From Azolla caroliniana (lineage: Eukaryota > Plantae > Polypodiophyta), in the NCBI GenBank assembly GCA_043228905.1, contig JBHGNT010000002.1, forward strand, positions 5,146,001 through 5,210,000: 64,000 nucleotides of DNA. The letters run 5' to 3'. Both the position numbers and the translations under genes were made by a program. Position 1 is the first letter of the stretch. Each line of letters starts with the position of its first letter. This document shows, piece by piece, positions 1 through 12,594 of this stretch. Under the pieces are notes generated by a model. That model worked only from the letters and a program-made list of their open reading frames with translations, was not told the DNA's origin and did not search any database.

Positions 1-1
1 C

Positions 2-1123
2 GGTGTCAAGCAAGCACCGCGTGCTTGGCATTCGAAGATAACGCAATATCTTCATCAAATCGGCTTCCGTATGTCAAAATCGGACAACTCCCTCTACATA
101 CGAAGCGATTCCGCAAGTCCGATTGTCATCATCTTATATGTGGATGACCTAGTCATTGGAGGTGAGCATCTCGTCGAAATCAATAAGGTCAAATCCCTCC
201 TTTCCGACAAGTTCGAGATGACGGACATAAAGGAACTCCGCTACTTCCTCGGCATTGAGGTAATTCGGACTCCAGCCGGAATCATGATTTCTCAACGGCA
301 CTACATCCTCAACTTGTTATACAAGTTCGGTATGGCTAAGTGCAAATCCGTGGCAACCTCGCTCGATCGTAATCTCAAACTAGATGCGAACTTCGGCACC
401 AAAGTGTGTGAGCCGACTCAGTATCGGCAACTCGTCGGGAGTCTCATCTACCTCACGATCACTCGACCTGATCTCAGTTATCCGGTCGGTCTCCTTAGTC
501 AATTCATGCAAACACCGCGCGATACTCACTTGGATTGCGCTAAGCGAGTTCTACGGTACATGAGCGGCACAATGGATTATGGCATACTCTATAAGACCGC
601 GGTGCCAATACGACTCGAGGGGTACACATACGCCGATTGGGCCGACTACAAAGTCGATAGAAGATCAACCTCCGGATTTGTTTTCTCCCTCGGCAGCGGA
701 GCAATATCCTGGAGTAGCAAGAAGCAGCCTACTGTCGCTCTTTCGAGTACGGAGGCGGAATACAGGGGCGTAGCCGTAGCTGCGTGTGAAGCCATATGGC
801 TCAAAAGGATACTCAAGGATCTGGGCGTACCCATCAAGGATCCAACTTCCCTTTACTGCCACAACATGAGCAATATCTATCTGGCTCGGAACCCAGTGTT
901 CCACACGCGGACAAAGCACATCGGAGTGCACTATCACTTCATCCGAGAGCGCGTTCTAGCTGGCGATGTCGACCTACAACACATTAGCACAGATCTTCAA
1001 ACAATCGACATCTTCACTAAAGCCTTAGGAGCCGACAAGCTGTGGCAATTCATGACCAATCTCGAATTGACGACCCCTGACCTACCAAGCTTGAGGGGGA
1101 GTATTGAAGACATTACACAATAA
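2..1123 (+). CDS. Copia pol C-terminus (reverse transcriptase + RNase H), 5'-partial
   Basis: ORF 71..1123 extends upstream in frame to position 2; YVDD catalytic motif and copia RNase H motifs. Some conserved residues are altered (YTYADWAD, YCHNMS), so it may be inactive. Confidence 0.9.
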   Translation, partial: GVKQAPRAWHSKITQYLHQIGFRMSKSDNSLYIRSDSASPIVIILYVDDLVIGGEHLVEINKVKSLLSDKFEMTDIKELRYFLGIEVIRTPAGIMISQRHYILNLLYKFGMAKCKSVATSLDRNLKLDANFGTKVCEPTQYRQLVGSLIYLTITRPDLSYPVGLLSQFMQTPRDTHLDCAKRVLRYMSGTMDYGILYKTAVPIRLEGYTYADWADYKVDRRSTSGFVFSLGSGAISWSSKKQPTVALSSTEAEYRGVAVAACEAIWLKRILKDLGVPIKDPTSLYCHNMSNIYLARNPVFHTRTKHIGVHYHFIRERVLAGDVDLQHISTDLQTIDIFTKALGADKLWQFMTNLELTTPDLPSLRGSIEDITQ

Positions 1124-1389
1124 TGCGTGGATTCCGCAAGCCACACACACTACGCAAGAACGCGTGGATTACGCAACCGCGCAACGAAGCCGCGAAGAAC
1201 CGACCTACCGCGCAAAGCCGCGAAGAAAGACGCAACCCGAAGCACAGACTTCGCAACTACGCACAACGCAAGCTGGAGCACGGATTCCGCAACTCTGCAT
1301 AAATGTGAGTCAACGCGGACTCCGGAACGCAAGTTGAAGTGGATTTTGGATACCGTCTGAAACCAACCCAACTTGAGCTTGAGGGGGCG

Positions 1390-1763
1390 TGTTGAGAATC
1401 AAGCTCAACTTGGTCTAGTGTGTGAACTCACCTTAAGAGTGAATAGACACTCCAACGGTCAAGAGTCACGATTATGTCACCTCTTTGTATTCTAACATTT
1501 AGTATGAGTCATAGAATCATATTCTATGACACATAACTTATGAGCTTTCACATTCCCCATGCTCCATGAGTCTTGTAGTTAATGAAGAGAGAGGGTGGCT
1601 ATATAAAGCACCCTCCTCCCACCTTGTATTGTGTTGAGTCTTTCTCCTTTGTTAATACAATCTACCTTGCGTATTCTCTGTGTTATTCCTAGTCTCTCTC
1701 ACTCACACACACACATAACTCACATCTCTTCTGCTTCACAAGAATCATATCCGAATCTTTACA
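1390..1763 (+). repeat. 3' LTR of the copia element
   Basis: Starts TG directly after a PPT, ends CA, contains a TATA box and a CT-rich R/U5-like stretch; the partner LTR is not in the window, so the end is inferred. Confidence 0.7.
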
Positions 1764-2450
1764 CCTTGATTAGGCCATGCCAATGGTTGTGCAAAAATAA
1801 TCCTGTTGTTGTATGCTAGCCTACCTACCTACCAAATTTAGGAGCTACTCTAATCAAGAAGTTACACATACTCATAAGTAGTTTGTAGCCTCCAAACATT
1901 TTTGGATGGTTGTGGATGCTTCACCAAGATGCATGTGGTCATGCTATGGCATTTGAGGAATGATGACTTACAAAGGAAACAATTCAATGCATTGCTTTGT
2001 GGTAAGGTTTCAACTACAATTTGTTGAATAATGGTGCCTCAATTGGCTTGTTGAGGGTGCCAACTTGAAATGTCTAATTGTTGATTCTTTGGATGATCTA
2101 GTTTGGTCAGACCCACTTTAGTCGAAGCTTTCTAGGATCAAATCAAACTAGGCCTAATGAACCAAAGATTGTTACTAATCACGGTACATGCAAGAGCTTG
2201 TCACTTACAAGCACTTATTGATGATACATAAAGGTTGGTTTGTTAATACCTAAGGGATGGTCACTCACATTCTCAACATCTTTTTACCAAGCACACAATA
2301 AAATCACTCATCACATGGGATCACACCATATAAAATAGATCACAAAGCCACACAAATACTAAGAGTATGTTTTGTTTAGGTAAACTATGGCTTGATACTA
2401 AGTACTAAACCGTACATAGGGCCATTCTATCACCGTAATATGTATCCGGA
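1764..2450 (+). pseudogene. Highly degenerate Ty3/gypsy integrase remnant (probable host of the copia insertion)
   Basis: Broken traces resembling CQ..K...P.GLL.PLP.P (~1776-1830), VVD.FTKM (~1909-1931) and GPF (~2419); no intact ORF. Confidence 0.3.
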
Positions 2451-2984
2451 TAAAACATTGGCAAAAGGCAATGCAAGATTAGGTTCATATGAAGCAAAGT
2501 TGAGGCATAGTAGCTTGTCTAGATAGAAGATGGCTCATCGATACCAAATAAACACAATATACAGGATTGGTGCATGCTCAAGCATGGGGGGTAAAAAAAC
2601 AGCTTAGCTAATACCATGATATAGGATTGGTGCATTTCATGTGCAACATAAACGATGACTAGATAAACACGACACCGAGTGGTGACATGCTCATGTCGAG
2701 ATGGCATAAACTATAAAGAGCCAAACAACAGAGACAACTATGCGTGGGTACAAAAGGACCAACCAACCATCACGTCGTGTCTAGAGGAATGAGCGAGTCG
2801 AGAATTGCGAAGGGTAAACAAACAGGACCAAAAGGGTGGTGGTCATGTGCTTGATGGTCCTAGAAAAAATCGAAGATGAGAGAAAAATGACTATATGGGT
2901 GGGAAGGCCATTGTGAGCATAAATTGTCCATCCATCCATGGACTCTCTCTACCTTTGTTCTGCTATAGGGAACTTTTAATTAGA

Positions 2985-3356
2985 GCAATAAAGCATATAA
3001 ATAAAAATAAAAAATAAAAAAAATAAAAATGAATAGCATAAAAAAGTAAAAAAAAAAGAAAAAGAAAAAAGAAAAAAAAAGAAAAAAAGAAAAAAAAACT
3101 AATAAATAAAAATAGATAAATAAATAAAAAATAAATAAAAAATAAATAAAAATAGATAAGTAAATAAATAAACAAATAAATAAAAATAAATAATAAAAAA
3201 AAAAAAAACAAATAAAGAAATAAATAAAAATAGATAAATAAATAAATAAATAAATTAAAAAAAAAGACAAATAAATAAATAAATAAAACTAGATAAATGA
3301 ATGAATAAATAAATAAATAAGTAAATAAATAGATAACTAAATAAATAAGTAAATAA
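2985..3356. repeat. A-rich low-complexity tract, mainly (AAAT)n/(AAAAG)n
   Basis: Directly visible ~370-bp tract upstream of NOT10. Confidence 0.9.
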
Positions 3357-3519
3357 GGGTTTTGTTGCATATATGTATACATATGTACATATGCAATGTG
3401 TATGTATAACAAAAAAACAGAAGAAGAAAAGAGAGGATATCAAAAAAGAAATGAAGTAAAAACTAAAAACCAAAAAGCCTTCTCTTTCTTCCTTCTTCAC
3501 TTCCTTCTTCTCTTCTGTG

Positions 3520-3589
3520 TACACACACACACACACACACATACACACACACACACACAGTCAGGACACAGAAAACACACACACACACA
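3520..3589. repeat. (CA)n microsatellites in the NOT10 leader region
   Basis: Two CA runs directly upstream of the ATG at 3603. Confidence 0.9.
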
Positions 3590-3602
3590 GAGCGACGCTT
3601 CC

Positions 3603-6600
3603 ATGGAAGCTCCGAGCTCCGCAGCTGCGCCTTCGTCCATTCAACCTCTCGCATCGGAAGCTTCCTCTTCCTCTTCCTCTTCGGTTTCTTCTTCTTCCTC
3701 CTCCTCCTCCTCCTCTTCTGCAGCCATGGCCTCTTCCGATTCCGCTGTAAGGATCAGTCCCCTGAACGTGACGCTCGCCCGCGAAGCTTCTTCTTTGTTT
3801 CAATCGAGCCGTTTCCGTGATTGTCTCGATGTACTGCATCAGCTTCACCTCAGCGATCCGGAAAACCCTAAGGTTAGTCCCCTTCTCCCTTCCTCCGCAT
3901 CTTCTTCTCTGCTCCATTTTTTCGGCTTGATTCTCTCTCTGAAAACTGTCGAGCATGCTTGATTTGGCATTTCTTTCTCTGCGAATGTAAGTAAATCCAG
4001 CGCGATGGAGTTTATATTGAATTCTCTTCCTTGTAAACCCGCTCCGTGAATGGTAGCAAATGTCTCTTAGAACGTTGCCTTTGTTCTTTGATTTTTTTCC
4101 CTTGTTTCTCTTTTGTGAATGCTTGAAATTTGTCTGAACATTTCTTTCTGTGTGATTTCTTTGCCTTTTTATCTTCCTGAATATATGTAAAACGTGACAT
4201 TTTTTCTTTCACTTTTTTCCCCTGTATCTGTTTTTATGAATGCATGCAATCTGTCTAAACGCTTCTTTATCCTTGATTATTTTGCCTTGTTCCTGAATTT
4301 ATGCAATCTGGCTAAACAACCATCTAATTTCTGCTTGGTTCTTGCCATCTAATCCATCTAAACATTGTTTTATCACCGGATTAGTTTTTCCTATTATCCT
4401 GAGAACGGGGACTGTTGTGGTTTTGTGTGTAGAATGATACTCCTGTTTTGCTATAATGCTGTTTTTCTCTGAAAATTCTCTCCTTCCGTTTGAACAATTC
4501 TCTTCAGAACTGTAAAAAGAAACCTTTTTTGTCTATTTGATTTTTACTATGTCCTACCATGCCACATTAACTTCTCCATTTGAAAATTGAATGCAAATGT
4601 TTATAGTGTTGACACACTTAGCAAAACACTTGTGGACTTTTTGCTATGGTTGTGAGTTTGTATAGAATGAATGTTTCTGTTTAGCTAAATGTTGTTTGTC
4701 TTTGAATTTTCCTCTCATTTCCTTGAACAGTAACCTCCAAAATAATGCAAAAGATAGCTTTGTTGTTCTATTATTGCCAGAAGTCCTATTATATCATCCA
4801 TATGATTTACCGTACCATATGAGCTTCTACATGCCATCAGCTTTCTGGCAGGGTGGATGCCATTTAGTAATCTTGTTTTTCTCTCATGTCCTTGAAAAAA
4901 ACCTTTTCTTTTTCTAGCAGATTGTCTCTATATGTTGAAACTCGCCACACCACATATGATTTACCGTACCATATGAGCTTCTACATGCCATCAGCTTTCT
5001 GGCAGGGTGAATGCCATTAAGTAATCTTGTTTTTCTCTCATGTCCTTGAAAAAAACCTTTTCTTTTTCTAGCAGATTGTCTCTATATGTTGAAACTCGCC
5101 ACACCACATATGATTTACCGTACCATATGAGCTTCTACATGCCATCAGCTTTCTGGCAGGGTGAATGCCATTTAGTAATCTTGTTTTTCTCTCATGTCCT
5201 TTAAAAAAACCTTTTCTTTTTCTAGCAGATTGTCTCTATATGTTGAAACTCGCCACACCACATTAGCTCCTCCATTGAAAATTGAAGTGCAGTTTTAGTA
5301 ATGTGTTAATGTTTTAAGTGTTCTGGAATGTGATCTATGATTATTCATCCATGGCTTCATAGTTTGCATAGTTCAATGTTTTTTTCTTAGGGTTTTCAAA
5401 AACTGTAAAGAAAGGGCTTTTGCCATCAGATAGATTGTTCCCATGTGTTATCGTGCGACATTAACTTCTTCACTGAATGCAGTTATATTAATGTATCAAT
5501 GTTTGTGCAGCAATATGTTTCTTTAATTCAAGTTGTCCATCCGTGTGGTTTAAAATGCCGTTTCTGTTTCATGTTGTTTTCTTTTAGTTTTCATTTGATT
5601 TCCTTATACACTATCTTTGAACCGTAAAAAGGAGTCTTTCGCTGTCCTTTTATTGCCAAAGAGACGATTAGATTCTCCATATCAATTAGCATGCCACATT
5701 AGCTTCTTCTGGTAGAATAGATGCCCTTTAATAAGGCATTGATCTATACCAATATATCATTTTTCTCCAACTAATGTAGTTCTTTTTACATTTGTTAGCT
5801 TTGAGAGTACATGAGTAAATGTGACTAGAACAATGTTTCTGTTTCTTACATGTTTCTTTTAATAGTTTTCCTAGCATTGTCTTGGAGAATTCTCTTCAAA
5901 ACGGTAAATAGTTGATTTGGTATCCATGAATGCTGTTTGTTGAAGTTGCCATTTTTTCTGTTGTTCAGGGTTGTGTATGCAGTTTGGGTTTCCAAGTGGT
6001 TGTTTTGAACCCTAAATCATGTGAAATAGGAAGCGACATTTAAATATGTGAAACGTATTCAGAGTTTCCTTTCTTTCCTTTAAATGCTAGATTTAGGTAG
6101 AAAGAAAGAACGTCACAGTTGCAGTTTTTTTGCTCAAATTTTTATTATAGGTTCGATTCCTTCAATCTAATGGCAAAAATATAAATAGTTTTTTATAGCT
6201 TCTCTATATTTGAAGTTTTTGATAGCTCCAGCACAATAATTACCTGAATGAGGAAACATAAATGAAATTTGTGATTTTGATTAGACTCAAGATGAAGATG
6301 CCATATCTGGCTTCAGTACATCATAATATATAGTGAATATTCTGAAATATCCCTGAGTTTTTTTCTATTGTAGCAATTGGCTTAATTTCTCAGCATCATC
6401 AAATGCCCCTTGAAACCAGCTAAAGAGAGAAACAGGGGGTGAATTGTCCATATAATTACTGTTTGGGGACATAGTGGAAATTAAGTGGGATTTTGGGAAA
6501 TAAAAAAGTACAAGGGTGTTGCAGACTTCTCTCTAATCTCTCTAATCTCTCTCTCTCTCTCTATATATATGTATATAACAATTCTAATATGTTAATTTTA

Positions 6601-9600
6601 ACAATATGATTTTCCATGTGAGAGGCATGGGGATGGTGGTATTCGGATGAAAATTATTGCCCCTAGCCACATTAAGCAAGAGAAAGTACAAAAGATGGCC
6701 GAAAGTTTCTGCTCATTCTACTGATATCTTTTGTTTTAGAGGATGTGATGTTCCTCCTATCATATTAACCTGGTTAATTATTAGAAAAGTTCACTTTTCA
6801 GAAAATTTGAACACACAACATATGGATGTATGTTGAATTTTACTTGTTTTAGGTGCTTGAGGTTTACATAAAATGATGGTGGTATATGATTAGGCTGAAA
6901 AATGTATGTACTGTATTTTTTTTGTTTTTGTTGAAATTGCTCACATGCTTTGTTTGATTTGATGATATATCGAGTGCAAGAAAGCCTAATGTTCCATAAC
7001 TTTTTAATGTAAAATTGTGGAATAGGTACCACATAACATTGCCGTGGCTGAATATTTTCGAGATGGTTGCACAGATCCTCAAAACCTTTTGGACACATTT
7101 TCAAAAGTTAAGGTACTTTCCTGTCTTAAATTATTATTCCCTTCACTTGACTCATGAAAAGTTTGTCTTTGTTATCACCATTTAGTTTTGATGAGTTCTT
7201 TGTGTTGAAATTGATTTCCAGAGGAGATTAGAAGAACTTTCAAAGAATGTAGGGGAGCAGTTAGATGGTTTAAATGCATCATCTCTTAACAGTCCTCCAA
7301 ATACCAAAGTTGCTTCAGGGTCAAATTCGGAGGCTCTGTCTGTAGCTTGTTTAGAGGATTATGATACCTCCATATCAACTTTTAACACAGTACGTGTATT
7401 TTTGGGAAGTTCAAAGATATGTGGATAAAATGTTCTTCAAATCTAACTTTACAATTACAGGCTGTGGTTCTTTTCCATCTTCACCAATTTTCAGCGGCTC
7501 TTTCAGTATTGGAACCGCTCTATCAAAATATTGAGCCCATTGATGAGGTAGGTACATTTTATCATATTGCAGAACAGTTTGTGAAAACTGGGTTCAGGTG
7601 ATTGACTAATTGAGATTTTGAATTTCTTTACATTATTTTGCAGCCTGCAGCATTATACATTTGTATCTTGATGCTGGATATCGCATTAGCGTCTTGTGAA
7701 CTACGGAAAGCTTGTGTATGTATACATTCTTTATTCAATCATGATTCATCATTCTAGTGGTTTGTATTCACTGAGTTCTTTTGACTTGTGTACATGTGGA
7801 TTGTCTGTGGTTATTTGTTTTATTTTGTCAAAACATATTAATGAAATGGATGTATGTATTTGTGGTTTGTGTTCCAAAAATATCTATGTGAGGCAGCATT
7901 AGTCAATATGATTGCAGACGAGAATAAAAAGAAAAGCTGTCAATTAGTCTACATCTGTAATTCGCTGTTTAAATGCTCATTGAGTATGCACCCAACATGG
8001 CATCATCTACTGTTTTACATGTACGGTAACAATACTATAGCTATTTATGCTCAAAACTATACTTGGGCTATACATGGGGAATAGGACAGTTTGGATGTTT
8101 CTCTTCAGCTGTGGTTCTATTTGATGTTTGGACTTACCATTTTCTCTTTTGTGAGTTGATTTTCCTTATTTACTTTCTTACACAACCATACAATTCATAC
8201 ATCCCATCTGGAAATGTGGTAGAAACTCAAAGAGTTGTTTGTATTATGAGACTACATCTACTCAAGTCTCTTAGGTGTGGAAGATATAATCACATGTATA
8301 ATTATTCTTCTGCATCCCAAGCTTAATAAATTCAAGATTATGAATCATGATCTTTGTGCAAATATGGTGGATAAAAGTCCTATTAAAGATCAAAAGCATA
8401 AAAGTCAAATAAAACTTGGTTTTGTACCATAGACATTGAGTAAATTGGTGAATTTCAGATGTGTTTAGAGTCCTGCACGGCTCATCTCACTTCAGGCCAT
8501 TTTCAACTCAATTGTTTCATATATATGTTCATATTGGTGAGTGGAACTATTGTGTGAAAAGGCACGATAAGAAAGGGAAAAACACCTTCAATGACCAAAC
8601 CCCCATCTACACTACACTACCTTGGACGACCAAGCTACTAAGTTCCTAAGAGAATGGCTAGAGGCAACCTTTTGTGATTTTGTTGGCAGCCTTGCTCTGC
8701 TAATAATATAGTAATCATCGTAATAGTATGCGATTAATCTTCCATTAATAAAAGATAAAATATATTCCTGTTAGAGGTGTATGTTCCTGAATTTTATGTA
8801 AAGCATGAGAAACTATAGAAGTATCACAAGAAGTGGCCAGCATGCAACTTTCTTCAGCATCAGCCAGAAACTGTAGGGCTAATGTGCAGCATCCTAAGCA
8901 TGTACCAGAAAAATGGCTGTAAATATCTATCTGCGATAGTGATTGAGAGATGTATTAACTCTTGTATTAAGGCAAATTAGAAGGTGTTATAACTATTCCT
9001 GCATACAATTGAAAATGTGGCAGTGATTGAGAGACAGCTATTCCTTGATATAATTGAAGATGCTAAGAAACTGGACCAATGTCTAGGGTGCGAGTTCTAC
9101 ATTGTATTATTGTGCTTCTGAGAGTTTAATAGCTTCAGCAAGCATTTATATGAACTTCTCTTGTTTCATAAATTTGCTTTACTTAAAGAAAGTTCAAGAT
9201 TGTGTTACTTTTTGCAATGAGAGGAGCAGAGAGGTTGCTTCTCTTGTCTAGTGAAAGTCTGCTCTAGTCAAGAGAAGATGTAACTGAAGTGCACCCAGTG
9301 AGCAAGCACACTTTACTCATGTCAACTATTTCAGTTGAAAATCAATGCGTCAAGACAGATGGATAGTTCATCTCAGTACTTTCTGCCAAATTGTTTTGGA
9401 CATATTGGTAATAATTTTAATTCTTAATGATGCGAACAATTTGGGCAACTAGCAATGAAAATAGTCAGAGCTTGTACATCTGGTCAAGAGGAGCTTGATG
9501 ATGTGTTTTGACATAATTTCCGATCAATCTATCAATGACAAAGATGTTGGTGCAAGTTGCAATTCTTGCTCAAGAATTGGGGAATGGATTTACTTTCTTA

Positions 9601-12594
9601 TTTTTTTTGTATTTTCAGACTTTGTTTTCGATGTTTTCGAGGTTTTTTTACTGTTCTTTTGGGGTTCACAAGCTGAATTGTTTTTGTTTGTGATTATGAA
9701 GATGTAATTGTAACTGTAGAATCCTTTTTGTCCACCATATAATTAACCTAAACATTGAGCTGCAGATTTAGGCATATCAAATGATACGGAATTTATATAC
9801 CTGCATTAGAGTTGGTTATGTCAGTAAAGATCTGAAAGACTAATGGGCATTATCAATTACGGTGCCAGCATGACTATAAAAAGAGTTCCTCTACTTGCAA
9901 ATGAGGCAAAACTTTCCACCTTTGAGAGTGTCATATGCAAAATGTTGACCTTAAGTCTATGTGCCTTGATGATTATCAGTCATTGATGGGTTAGTTACGA
10001 CATAAAGTTGGATTGCAACCTTGCTAAAATATATTGAATAAATATTTGGGTATTTATAAACTATGGCATGCCACAGTGCCGGTGATGTGAGTATCTATAA
10101 TTGATGCTGTTTATTTCCCTTTTGCCTTTAAGTGTACTCCATGTGGTCCTGTAATGCCGACTGTAGACAATAGCAGATAAGATCAGTGCTACACAATAGT
10201 TTGTGTTTGCGTATATGAAGAAGTGCAAGAGAATCACTAATGATTTGCTGAGGATTGCACGCGAATGTGTAAAATCAAGCAATGTATGAGATTTATAATT
10301 TGGGGAATATAGTTCATTGCAATTGATGAAGATGGATGTCCTGCATGTGAATTTGCATGTTTATGACTGATGCTGTCTAATGGATTATGTCACAATTTGC
10401 CCCTGAGTGTCCTTCAGAGCTAAGTAACATGAGCACTGATGAATAGTTAAATAAGTAGCATCTTAGCAGCTCATTATAAATGGAATCAGTTTATTGGTTA
10501 ATACTTGGTCTGAATAAAGAAAATGATACTATTATGATTAATGTTTGATACTGAAATCCTTTTATGTTTATGCAGGATGTATTGCTGTACATGGAAAGAG
10601 TATTTGGATTAGGGTTTCTTGTCACCCCGGATTCTGGTGGTAATGTTCCCCCTCACTCAACCCTTTTAGGGAATTTAGATGCAAGTGCAAATACAGGGAG
10701 TCGATCTGTTACTGTCGAGTCTCCAGCTAATAGCATGATTCCTGAGGCTAGCCTTACAAGGTCATCTTCTGAAGAGGTTTTGGATGAAGATGTGCTTAGC
10801 CTGAATTTGGATATGGAAGGATCCAACTCAACGAAATCAGGTGTTCCTTTGTCAATTCTGTCAAATTCTGTAAGGATATCCTCAGATCGATCATCTTTAG
10901 CTCCAACTCGAGATTCAAATGTAAAAATTATGTTACATTTGAACAAAGTTCGGTTATTTTTGTGCACAAGGAATGTGAGAGCAGCCAAAAGAGAAATTAA
11001 GCTGGCCATCAACCTAGCTCAAGGGAGTGATCTGCTTAAAGCATTAATGCTAAAGGCCCAGTTGGAGTATTCAAGGGGGAACCATAGAAAAGCTGTGAAA
11101 CTTCTCATGACATGTAGTGTGAAGGAGCCAGGACTAAGATACATAATTTTGAACAATCTTGGTTGCATACATCATTACTTGGGCAAAGATCACACATCTT
11201 ATGCTTATTTTTTAAAAGCCTTACAAAGCTGCACATCTATGACCATCGAAAAGCCTCTTTGCTTGTCCACTTTTGCCCAGAATAAACCGGTCTCTATCCT
11301 CTACAATTGCGGATTGCAGCAATTGAAGATAGGAAACCCAGTGTTAGCATTTCGATGTTTCCAAGAAGCTGGCCTTTTATATCATAGACAACCTTTATTC
11401 TGGCTACGTGTTGCAGAATGTTGTATAATGGCTCTTGAAAAGGGATTACTTGAAGGTGGTGGAGATCATCCAATGAAGAAAGATGAACTAAGAGTGTCTT
11501 CTGTTAGCTCAGGCAAGTGGAGAACCGTGGTTCTTCCTTCTGGGAGTTTAAATCCTTCTTTAGCCCCTAACAAAATTGGGCTCAAAATAGAGGGTGAGAA
11601 CTCCACAGAAAATTTGTCCGTTGCTAACTCTCAGCAGATGAAGGGGACTGATTCTTTCGTCCCTGGAAAAACACAAAAACTTAGCTTAGTGTTTGCGCGC
11701 CAGTGTCTCCAGAATGCTATGCATCTTCTACGTCACCTAATGAATAAGATTTTGAAAGAGGCATCTGATTCAGAGGGTAATAGGAAGAGTGAAGAGGAGG
11801 ATGTTACGGATGAAATAAAGAACTTGTCTATTAATAATAATAATAATTTAAAGAGTAATCCCGCTACAGGATTTCAGATCACCTCAAATGGAAATAAAGA
11901 GGGGAAACCAAACAACACTAGTGCAATCATGGCGTCAGCCATTGCTTTTGAGGAGGATCAGCTGAAGAGAAACTCGGCGCTTTTGCAACATATTCTAGCT
12001 GATTTGGCATTTGTAGAGCTTTGTTTGGATAATCCAGTAAAAGCATTAAAGGCTGCTTGCCAGCTTTTACAGTTTCCAGAGTGTACCAAGCCATTCAAAT
12101 TCTTGGCTCGAGTCTATGCTGCTGAAGCATTATGTATGTTGAATAGACCAAGAGAAGCTTCTGAGGAGCTTTCGATGTGTATGACAGAAAATAATAATAG
12201 TCAAGAAGCTCCATCTTCTGGTGGTGGTGATGAAGAGGGACAACAATGGAAAAGTGGTGAGAATAGTGAAGCTAGCGGAGAGGGTGATGATGGGATAAGC
12301 ACAAGTAATGCCCCTCCGCCTTTATCTGATGCTCTCACGGTATCAAGTCTCACTGGTACGAGAGCTTTATCATCACTACTTATCAATCTCTCCATGGTTC
12401 ATGCAATGTTAGGTAACCTCCCTCAGGCTCATCAATTTGCAATGCAATCTCTTTCAATTACACCATCAAATCCATTGGCTGTCTTGTCGATGGTTTATGT
12501 TAATTTGCTACAAGGAAGAACAAGGGAGGCAGTAATTCTCTTGAAGCATTGTCGGCATCTTTGCATTGTGAGCGCTAGCTCGGGGTTGGATTGA
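3603..12594 (+). CDS. NOT10: CCR4-NOT complex subunit 10 (TPR protein), 6 exons, ~900 aa: 3603-3872, 7026-7112, 7222-7389, 7461-7547, 7644-7715, 10576-12594
   Basis: All introns are GT-AG phase 0 and splice into one frame. Peptides match plant NOT10: PK|VPHNIAVAEYFRDGCTDP, SVLEPLYQNIEPIDE, LKAQLEYSRGNHRKAVKLL, NNLGCIH, YNCGLQQL..GNPVLAFRCF, LFWLRVAECCIMALEKG, RVYAAEALCMLNRPREA. Confidence 0.9.
4799..5262. repeat. Tandem triplication of a 154-bp unit in NOT10 intron 1
   Basis: TATGATTTACCGTACC recurs at 4801, 4955 and 5109; copies are nearly identical. Confidence 0.95.

Larger units (their letters stand above)
1..1763 (+). mobile_element. Ty1/copia LTR retrotransposon, 3' part (RT, RNase H, PPT, 3' LTR); 5' part lies outside the window
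   Basis: Open frame from position 2 (GVKQAPRAW...LYVDDL...ADWA...RRSTSG...SSTEAEY...RTKHI.VHYHFIRE). PPT TTGAGGGGGCG at ~1379-1389, then TGTTG...TTTACA (1390-1763) containing a TATATAA box at ~1600. Confidence 0.9.

Noticed and set aside
2963-3554. Hydrophobic F/Y/L/I-rich minus-strand ORFs as membrane proteins
   Set aside because: Artefacts of translating the (AAAT)n and (CA)n tracts.
3396-3602. Upstream in-frame extension of NOT10 exon 1 (His-Thr repeat)
   Set aside because: It comes from the CA microsatellite; ATG 3603 (or 3726) fits a normal N-terminus better.
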